A stretch of DNA of 64,000 nt from Bifidobacterium breve (lineage in GTDB: Bacteria; Actinomycetota; Actinomycetes; Nanopelagicales; Nanopelagicaceae). Below are positions 22,635 through 28,880 of the stretch, in pieces. Location of the stretch: NCBI GenBank assembly GCA_945889195.1, contig CAMDBB010000007.1, positions 12,818 through 76,817 on the forward strand, read 5' to 3'. The notes beneath the pieces were generated by a model, which saw nothing but the letters and a program-made list of their open reading frames with translations, searched no databases and was not told the origin of the DNA. Within the stretch, counting starts at the first letter, position 1. Each line of letters starts with the position of its first letter. Made by a program: the position numbers and the translations under genes.

Positions 22635-23240
22635 CTAAAGGGTGGTGCGACCCTCGAAGGCTCGACCGAGCGTGACTTCATCGGCATATTCAAGATCCCC
22701 GCCTACAGGCAAGCCCGATGCAAGGCGCGAGACGTTGAGCCCCATCGGCTTAATCAAACGAGCTAGGTAGGTCGCAGTCGCTTCGCCTTCAAGGTTGGGA
22801 TCGGTAGCCAAGATGATTTCAGTAATCGATGAATCTGAAAGGCGCTGCATTAATTCGCGGATGCGTAGCTGATCTGGGCCGATGCCATCGATAGGGCTGA
22901 TTGCTCCACCGAGCACGTGGTACTTGCCGCGAAATTCGCGAGTGCGCTCGATAGCGATGACATCTTTACTCTCTTCAACAACACAAATCTTTGTGCCATC
23001 TCGACGCGGATCGCGACAGATACGGCATTCAGTTTCTTCAGAGACGTTGCCACATTGCGTGCAGAACTTAACGCGCTCCTTTACGGTGCGCACTGCCTCA
23101 ACTAAGTTAGCTGCGATTTCAGAATCTGATTGCAGAATATGAAAAGCAATGCGTTGCGCAGACTTTGGTCCGATACCGGGCAAGCGACCAAGTGCATCAA
23201 TCAGGTCTTGAATTGCGCCTTCATACATTCCTGTTGACAT
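22635..23240 (-). CDS. recR: recombination protein RecR
   Basis: 201 aa with HhH N-terminus, C4 zinc finger (C-x2-C..C-x2-C) and Toprim domain. Confidence 0.95.
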   Translation of the reverse strand: MSTGMYEGAIQDLIDALGRLPGIGPKSAQRIAFHILQSDSEIAANLVEAVRTVKERVKFCTQCGNVSEETECRICRDPRRDGTKICVVEESKDVIAIERTREFRGKYHVLGGAISPIDGIGPDQLRIRELMQRLSDSSITEIILATDPNLEGEATATYLARLIKPMGLNVSRLASGLPVGGDLEYADEVTLGRAFEGRTTL

Positions 23241-24970
23241 TAGTCGTGGCTCGTTTCGCTAATGACAGTTGCGCCAAGTTCAGCGGCAAGAAGCGCTGCC
23301 CCCGATAACTGTGTTGCATCCGTTGGTGCCTCAGAGGTACGAACCGCTCGCGCCTCAGGAGTAGAAGTTGTATCGATGCTTGGATCGACGGTGCATTCAA
23401 TCTTGCGATCAAGACCAACGACTTCGATAAACGCTTGGCGCAAGATTTCATCAGATTCACTTCGAATAAATGAATCGCGCGCACCTGCATTAACAATGCC
23501 AATGGTGATGTTCTTGTCATCCACGCCCAGAATCTGTGCGCTAGCGCTGAGAAGCGACCACGTTAAACGGCGTCGCTTCTTCACATTTTCAATCACATCA
23601 GGCCAGAGTCTGCGCAGACCAGCAACATCCATGGTTCGCTCAACTGGCTGACTCATCACACTACTCGCTTCGGGCGCAGCCTCGACTACGTCACCAGTTT
23701 TCGCTTCCTTAACTGCTGCTTTTTTAGCGGGTGAAGGATTTTGATTAAGCAAAGGCTGTGAGCGCAGCGAGGGGCTTTGCGTATCAGAAATCCGAGCCGG
23801 CGAAGCGATACTTTCAACGCGCTCAAGTCGTTCGATACGAGCAAGCATCCCAGCTTCGCTGGTGTCGCCCATCGGCAACAAGATGCGGCCACAGATGAGT
23901 TCGAGCATGAGGCGAGGCGCAGTTGCTCCACGCATCTGAGTAAGGCCTTCCGCTGCAATATCTGCAGCGCGTGAAAGCGATGCTTGGCCAATCTTCTGTG
24001 CCTGTGTTCGCATCCGTTCTAGTTGATCATCTGGAAGCTCGCGCAGAATGCTCTTGGCATTTGTAGCATCGAGTGCATCAACAATCATCAAGTCGCGCAA
24101 ACGTTCAAGCAAATCTTGAGTAAAGCGTCGTGGGTCATGGCCAGATTCGATAACGCGATCTACAGTCTTAAAGAGAGTTGCTCCGTCACGTGCGGCAATC
24201 GCATCCATCGCATCATCAAGGAGTGCGCCATCGGTAAAGCCCAATAGCTGGATCGCAATTTCGTAACTGACGCCATCTTTATCAGCGCCAGCAAGCAGCT
24301 GCCCTAGCACTGAAAGAGCATCACGAACTGAACCGCCTGATGCGCGAACTACAAGTGGAATAACGCCTTTAGCTACTTTGACGCCTTCTGCAGCACAGAC
24401 CTTTTCTAGGTGTTCGCCCAATGTTCCGGGTGGTACTAAACGGAATGGGTAGTGATGAGTACGTGAACGAATAGTTGAAATCAACTTTTCAGGTTCAGTT
24501 GTTGCAAAGATAAAGATGACGTGTGCAGGTGGTTCTTCTACAACTTTAAGGAGTGCATTGGCAGCCCCCGGCCCAAGCTGGTGAGCCTCGTCGATGATGT
24601 AAATCTTGTACTTGCTCTGCACTGGTGCAAAGAATGCTTTATCGCGCAGATCGCGCGCATCATCAACTAATCCATGTGTTGCCGCATCGAGTTCGATAAC
24701 ATCGATGGAGCCAGGTCCATTCGCAACTAAATCTGTGCATGACTGGCATGTTCCACAAGGAGTAGGTGTTGGGCCTTTTTCGCAGTTAAGAGAACGCGCC
24801 ATGATGCGAGCGCTTGAAGTCTTTCCACATCCGCGAGGACCACTAAAGAGATAGGCATGATGAGTTTTGCCAGATTCAAGCGCGTTAGATAAAGGAACAG
24901 TGACATGTTCTTGCCCGATGACATCTGCAAATACAGAGGGGCGATACTTTCGATATAACGCTAGCGACAT
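23240..24970 (-). CDS. dnaX: DNA polymerase III subunit gamma/tau
   Basis: 576 aa with clamp-loader AAA+ ([15 protein letters not shown]), the Zn module C..C..C..C and SRC-like TIRSR. The stop overlaps the recR start. Confidence 0.93.
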   Translation of the reverse strand: MSLALYRKYRPSVFADVIGQEHVTVPLSNALESGKTHHAYLFSGPRGCGKTSSARIMARSLNCEKGPTPTPCGTCQSCTDLVANGPGSIDVIELDAATHGLVDDARDLRDKAFFAPVQSKYKIYIIDEAHQLGPGAANALLKVVEEPPAHVIFIFATTEPEKLISTIRSRTHHYPFRLVPPGTLGEHLEKVCAAEGVKVAKGVIPLVVRASGGSVRDALSVLGQLLAGADKDGVSYEIAIQLLGFTDGALLDDAMDAIAARDGATLFKTVDRVIESGHDPRRFTQDLLERLRDLMIVDALDATNAKSILRELPDDQLERMRTQAQKIGQASLSRAADIAAEGLTQMRGATAPRLMLELICGRILLPMGDTSEAGMLARIERLERVESIASPARISDTQSPSLRSQPLLNQNPSPAKKAAVKEAKTGDVVEAAPEASSVMSQPVERTMDVAGLRRLWPDVIENVKKRRRLTWSLLSASAQILGVDDKNITIGIVNAGARDSFIRSESDEILRQAFIEVVGLDRKIECTVDPSIDTTSTPEARAVRTSEAPTDATQLSGAALLAAELGATVISETSHD

Positions 24971-25039
24971 TTCATCTGCTCTCTAGTAGTCGCGATTCAA
25001 TTCACTTCTAATTGGCCGCGAGTATCTAATTATTAATTT

Positions 25040-25136
25040 TTCGGGACCTCCGGTGCACCCGCCAGAGCGCACCTACCCTTGCTGTATTCCTACCCTGGGG
25101 GAGTTCAGCACGATGTCGTCGCACCGGAGATCTGCT
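25040..25136 (-). ncRNA. ffs: signal recognition particle RNA (small, 4.5S-like)
   Basis: The minus strand reads CUCCGGUGC..CCCCC-AGG-GUA-GGAA-UAC-AGCA-AGGG..GCACCGGAG. This has a 9-bp terminal helix, a GGAA tetraloop closed by GUA/UAC, and the conserved AGG/AGCA symmetric loop of SRP domain IV. It sits just upstream of dnaX, as in many Gram-positives. The ends are approximate. Confidence 0.8.
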
Positions 25137-25213
25137 CCAATCTTATGTGTCGAAGGGCCACCGCAGCACCGCTACCCTTGGGCAGTTGGTTGCTCGTATG
25201 AGCGCCCAGCGCT

Positions 25214-25298
25214 GGAGGATTCGCATAGCGGCCGAGTGCGCACGCTTGGAAAGCGTGTATAGGGAAACCTATCGAGGGTTCAAATCCCTCATCCTCCG
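25214..25298 (+). tRNA. tRNA-Ser (anticodon GGA)
   Basis: Hand fold: acceptor GGAGGAT/ATCCTCC, D stem GCA/TGC with a GG-containing loop, anticodon stem CACGC/GCGTG with loop TTGGAAA. Long variable arm ATAGG-GAAA-CCTAT, T arm GAGGG-TTCAAAT-CCCTC, discriminator G. No encoded CCA. Confidence 0.93.
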
Positions 25299-25467
25299 CT
25301 CGTTTCACTCGCTTCAGATGATTCACAAATCAACGCTTTCACGTATTTCCCTGGAACCGCTGCCTGATATAGAAACCACAAGTACGACCATCCTCCGCCA
25401 AAAATCCTGTAACTGAGGGTAACCAGAACTACTGCGGGTAACTGGGGTTTCTAACTAAATTTACGTT

Positions 25468-25809
25468 ATGAGTGTCAGTGATGAATTTGAGTTGACTCCC
25501 GATCAAACACGTCGGGAGCATGCTGTTCTTGCCAATTTTTCACACTTGATTAAAACCGAAAGATCTCGATATGGAAATCAGGCGATTCAACTTTTAGAAA
25601 AAAAGTATTTTGAATCAGAAGTTAATGGTTTTAAGCTCATTTGTCTGGTCAAACCCAATACTTATCTGTGTCGGATTCAAAATCAGGATATCTCCGGAGA
25701 TAGTTATGAGATTGAATTTCCCATTCCAGAATCCAAAGAAGAAATGCTAGAGACTCTTGTTGAGTTATTCGCACAGAGTGAAGCAAAATGCTTGATAGGA
25801 GCACACTAG
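25468..25809 (+). CDS. hypothetical protein, 113 aa, acidic, no TM segment (cassette 1, first gene)
   Basis: ORF in the track. No motif that I recognise. Its stop lies 4 nt before the next gene's GTG. Confidence 0.55.
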   Translation: MSVSDEFELTPDQTRREHAVLANFSHLIKTERSRYGNQAIQLLEKKYFESEVNGFKLICLVKPNTYLCRIQNQDISGDSYEIEFPIPESKEEMLETLVELFAQSEAKCLIGAH

Positions 25810-25813
25810 GGAC

Positions 25814-26314
25814 GTGAGTTATTTTGAAAAGTGCTTAACATCTGATGGGCTTTTTTTCCAAAAAGAAAAAAGAGCGCTTTATAAGTACTTGCTAGAAATA
25901 AACAAGTGCTTTTATGTTAATCAGGCAAACCAGCTGCTGGACAAAGGCATCATAACTCGAATTATCGCGAATGGTGAAGCTACTTATTTTCTTAAAGATA
26001 GGAAAGTGAATTACTCCGCAAGAAAGTTAAATTCTGATGAGATTTACCTTAATCTTCGAGATGTCAAATTAAATCGTAATAGAAGATACAGCATTCGGAA
26101 ACTCGAAAAGTTCTTTGCACAATGTGATGTCGACGTAGTCTCCAACTTTCCTATCCCTGGACGATTTCCGAAAGAAGAGTCAGGATATGGCTTTAATGCA
26201 TACCCATTTTACACTCTTGCTTACTACGCCAACGGAAGGAACTACCTAAAAGGAATAGTCAAAAAACTTCGTACTAAAGACAAAGAAATGCTTACAAAAC
26301 TTCGAAATCTATAA
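25814..26314 (+). CDS. hypothetical protein, 166 aa, basic (cassette 1, second gene); paralogue of 26934..27434
   Basis: Coding status is supported by gapless paralogy, about 74/166 identical by my hand alignment, with conserved blocks EKxALYKYLLE, ANGE, LExFFAQxxVDxxSNFPxPG, NAxPFYxLxYYxNGR and LTKLRxL. Confidence 0.7.
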   Translation: MSYFEKCLTSDGLFFQKEKRALYKYLLEINKCFYVNQANQLLDKGIITRIIANGEATYFLKDRKVNYSARKLNSDEIYLNLRDVKLNRNRRYSIRKLEKFFAQCDVDVVSNFPIPGRFPKEESGYGFNAYPFYTLAYYANGRNYLKGIVKKLRTKDKEMLTKLRNL

Positions 26315-26349
26315 CACCTCTCTTGGTCACGCGTGCACGAAAGTTTCAA

Positions 26350-26372
26350 GGGTTCAAATCCATCATCTTCCG
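26350..26372 (+). repeat. degenerate direct copy of the tRNA-Ser 3' end (att-like)
   Basis: GGGTTCAAATCCATCATCTTCCG versus tRNA 25276..25298 GGGTTCAAATCCCTCATCCTCCG, 21/23 identical. Weaker similarity (CACGC..GAAAG) may extend about 20 nt further 5'. Confidence 0.7.
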
Positions 26373-26431
26373 TAAGGAACTCTGTGGATAACCCTATCCA
26401 GAAAGTGGGCGGTTGAGATTAATTTGGGTTC

Positions 26432-26929
26432 ATGTCAATATCGCTACCACTAAAACAAGTCTTTAAATTCAAGGTTCCCGGAGTGCTTGCCTTGGCTATC
26501 TTTGCTGGACAATTTTTAGTAAATGAACTTCCCAAAGTGAAGGAGCCACTTTGCAAGATTGATGTTGAGCGGCCACATACTTCGACATATTTAAAACAAC
26601 GCAAAAATCTTGAGATTCTCAAATTGAATGTCACAACGGAATGCACGGTGCCTCAGGAATTCACAATTCTCAATGCAGACATTCAAGCAATAGTCGATAA
26701 CGTTCAAATTTCGGTACAACGTTTCGACAATGAATTGCGAGTACCTGATGAGAAAGGCAGATTCAAAGCGAAATATCGGGATCTTCAGGTTGATTGTGAC
26801 TCCCTTGAGCCAACCATGTACTTTGGGCAAGCTCAGGCAGAAATACATCTCAAAAATGGTGAGGTGGAGAAGCTGTCCGGCGATTCACAATATTTCGTTA
26901 GCCAAGATTGCAAAATTGATGCAAAATAG
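26432..26929 (+). CDS. hypothetical protein, 165 aa, N-terminal hydrophobic anchor or signal, four Cys (cassette 2, first gene)
   Basis: ORF in the track with the hydrophobic stretch VPGVLALAIFAGQFLV near the N-terminus. I see no similarity to the first gene of cassette 1. Confidence 0.55.
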   Translation: MSISLPLKQVFKFKVPGVLALAIFAGQFLVNELPKVKEPLCKIDVERPHTSTYLKQRKNLEILKLNVTTECTVPQEFTILNADIQAIVDNVQISVQRFDNELRVPDEKGRFKAKYRDLQVDCDSLEPTMYFGQAQAEIHLKNGEVEKLSGDSQYFVSQDCKIDAK

Positions 26930-26933
26930 GAAA

Positions 26934-27434
26934 GTGACCTTCTACGAAGAATGTTTAACTCTCGGACGATTCCTGAGCCGTGCCGAAAAAGAGGCACTTT
27001 ACAAGTATCTTTTAGAAACTAAGCGAAATACATATAGAGCTGGGGCTAAAACCCTACTTCAAGATGATTTCCTAACAGTTTATGTTGCAAATGGTGAGAT
27101 TCAATATGGAATTGAAGATAAGCATGTTCACTATGTTGCAAGAGAAATTAACTCAGCAGAATTCTGTCCTGCTATCCGAAAGTTGAGTTTACATGTGCCA
27201 AAATTTTTGAAAGTTATTAGATTAGAGCGATTCTTTGCACAAGCTGAAGTCGATATTTTGAGTAATTTCCCCTTACCTGGAGATAATCAACAACCTGAAG
27301 GTGGTTTTGGGATAAATGCGATTCCTTTCTATGATTTAAAGTACTACTCGAATGGGCGCGGAATGTTGCGCGGGTTTTTGAAGAAATTTGAAAATTCAAA
27401 TTCAGAAATTCTTACAAAACTGAGGACTCTTTAG
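26934..27434 (+). CDS. hypothetical protein, 166 aa (cassette 2, second gene); paralogue of 25814..26314
   Basis: The track ORF starts at 26730, but the homology begins at GTG 26934 (VTFYEECLT versus VSYFEKCLT). That gives the same 166-aa length and the same TAG-N4-GTG junction as cassette 1. ATG 26919 is an alternative start. Confidence 0.7.
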   Translation: MTFYEECLTLGRFLSRAEKEALYKYLLETKRNTYRAGAKTLLQDDFLTVYVANGEIQYGIEDKHVHYVAREINSAEFCPAIRKLSLHVPKFLKVIRLERFFAQAEVDILSNFPLPGDNQQPEGGFGINAIPFYDLKYYSNGRGMLRGFLKKFENSNSEILTKLRTL

Positions 27435-27435
27435 G

Positions 27436-28854
27436 TTAAATCTCGACGCCGATGTACTTAGTCTGCAAGAACTCGTGAACACCGTCGAATCCGCCTTCGC
27501 GACCAAGGCCTGATTGCTTCACGCCACCAAAAGGCGCTGCAGGATCTGAGAGCAAGCCGCGATTGATTCCCACCATGCCTGCTTCAAGTCCTTCCGCAAA
27601 TCGAATAGCGCGCTTGAGATCTTCTGAATACACATAACTAATAAGTCCGTATTCAGTGTCGTTAGCGAGCTTGAGAGCTTCTTCATCTGTATCAAAGAGA
27701 ACAATCGGCGCAACTGGTCCAAAGACTTCATTGGCCAAGATTTCATCATCTTTAGAGACTTCAAGAACTGTTGCTGGATAGAAAGCACCAGCGCCATCTG
27801 GAGTAGTTCCACCAAGATGAACCTTTGCTCCGCGGGCCTTTGATGCATCTACTAACTCTGCAATCTTGTTACGTTCTTTCACAGAAACGCTTGCACCTAA
27901 CTGAGTTCCTGCTTCGCGGCCAACGCCCATCTTGAGAGCTGCCATAGCTTTTGCAAATTCAGCGATGAACTTGTCGCCAACAGAGCGAGCGACATAGATG
28001 CGATTTGCTGCTGTGCAGGCCGCTCCACCGTTGCGCATCTTTGCCATCATCAAGCCCTTTACCGCTTCTTCAACGTTTGCATCATCGAGAACAACAAATG
28101 GTGCATTGCCACCAAGTTCCATAGAACAACGGATAACTTGATCAGCAGCTTCTTTGAGAAGAATCTTTCCGACTTGAGTAGAGCCAGTAAAAGATAAATT
28201 CTTAACTCGTGAATCATGCAAAACTTTGCTAATTGCTGGACCTGACTGTGGTGGCAGAATGACATTGAGAACGCCTTTAGGAAGACCGCAGCGTTCGAGG
28301 ATGTCGACGATGGCGAGCGCTGTCAGTGGAGTTTCACCTGCTGGCTTCAAAATCATTGTGCAGCCAGCTGCAACTGCTGGGCCAATCTTGCGCGTTGCCA
28401 TTCCTGCAGGAAAGTTCCAGGGAGTAATGAGAAGAGATACACCGATTGGTTGATGAGTAACCAAGATGCGCTTGTCACCAGCGGGTGCCATGCGGAAGTC
28501 GCCAGAGATGCGAACTGTTTCTTCAGCAAACCAACGGAAGAATTCGGCGGCGTAATTTACTTCTGCGCGAGCATCGGGAAGCGCCTTGCCATTCTCTTTT
28601 GAGATTAGCTCTGCCAAATAATCCGCTTCAGCAATCATCATTTCAAAGGCTTTACGTAAGATTTCGCTGCGGGCTCGTGGCGCAGTCTTTGCCCAACTTG
28701 TTGCGGCGCGGTCCGCGGCATCTACGGCAGCGAGGTTCTGTTCATCACTTGAAGTGGCGACTTTGGCGATTACCGAGCCATCGCTTGGATCGATGACATC
28801 TACAGTCCCAGAACCATCTACCCACTGGCCATCGATATATAACTGAGTACGCAT
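27436..28854 (-). CDS. gabD: NAD(P)-dependent succinate-semialdehyde / aldehyde dehydrogenase
   Basis: 472 aa. ALDH superfamily (ELGGNAP, catalytic Cys in GGAACTAANR, PFGG.K.SG.GREG). Substrate assignment rests on overall similarity only. Confidence 0.75.
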   Translation of the reverse strand: MRTQLYIDGQWVDGSGTVDVIDPSDGSVIAKVATSSDEQNLAAVDAADRAATSWAKTAPRARSEILRKAFEMMIAEADYLAELISKENGKALPDARAEVNYAAEFFRWFAEETVRISGDFRMAPAGDKRILVTHQPIGVSLLITPWNFPAGMATRKIGPAVAAGCTMILKPAGETPLTALAIVDILERCGLPKGVLNVILPPQSGPAISKVLHDSRVKNLSFTGSTQVGKILLKEAADQVIRCSMELGGNAPFVVLDDANVEEAVKGLMMAKMRNGGAACTAANRIYVARSVGDKFIAEFAKAMAALKMGVGREAGTQLGASVSVKERNKIAELVDASKARGAKVHLGGTTPDGAGAFYPATVLEVSKDDEILANEVFGPVAPIVLFDTDEEALKLANDTEYGLISYVYSEDLKRAIRFAEGLEAGMVGINRGLLSDPAAPFGGVKQSGLGREGGFDGVHEFLQTKYIGVEI

Positions 28855-28880
28855 AAGATAAGCATACTTACGGGCAGGGG

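Larger units (their letters stand above)
25299..27434 (+). mobile_element. AT-rich tRNA-Ser-adjacent genomic islet, possibly remnants of two tandem integrations; no integrase present
   Basis: It begins at the tRNA 3' end and ends 1 nt from the convergent gabD-like stop. Hand-counted 60-nt lines give about 30-42% GC inside versus about 50% in the flanks. An internal 21/23 copy of the tRNA 3' end lies at 26350..26372. Confidence 0.45.

Noticed and set aside
23230-23250. No ybaB/ebfC gene between dnaX and recR; the dnaX stop overlaps the recR start.
   Set aside because: Absence from this position says nothing about absence from the genome. It is probably another consequence of genome compaction and is not interpretable from one window.
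25053-25416. ORFs 25053..25262 +, 25147..25416 + and 25105..25326 - in the dnaX-to-islet spacer.
   Set aside because: They run through the SRP RNA and the tRNA-Ser gene. The RNA structures explain the sequence, and the ORFs have no SD or recognisable protein features.
26730-26933. 68-codon N-terminal extension of the second islet paralogue (track ORF 26730..27434), overlapping the preceding ORF in another frame.
   Set aside because: Similarity to the paralogue at 25814..26314 starts exactly at GTG 26934. That start gives identical length and an identical TAG-N4-GTG junction. The extension has no counterpart in the paralogue.
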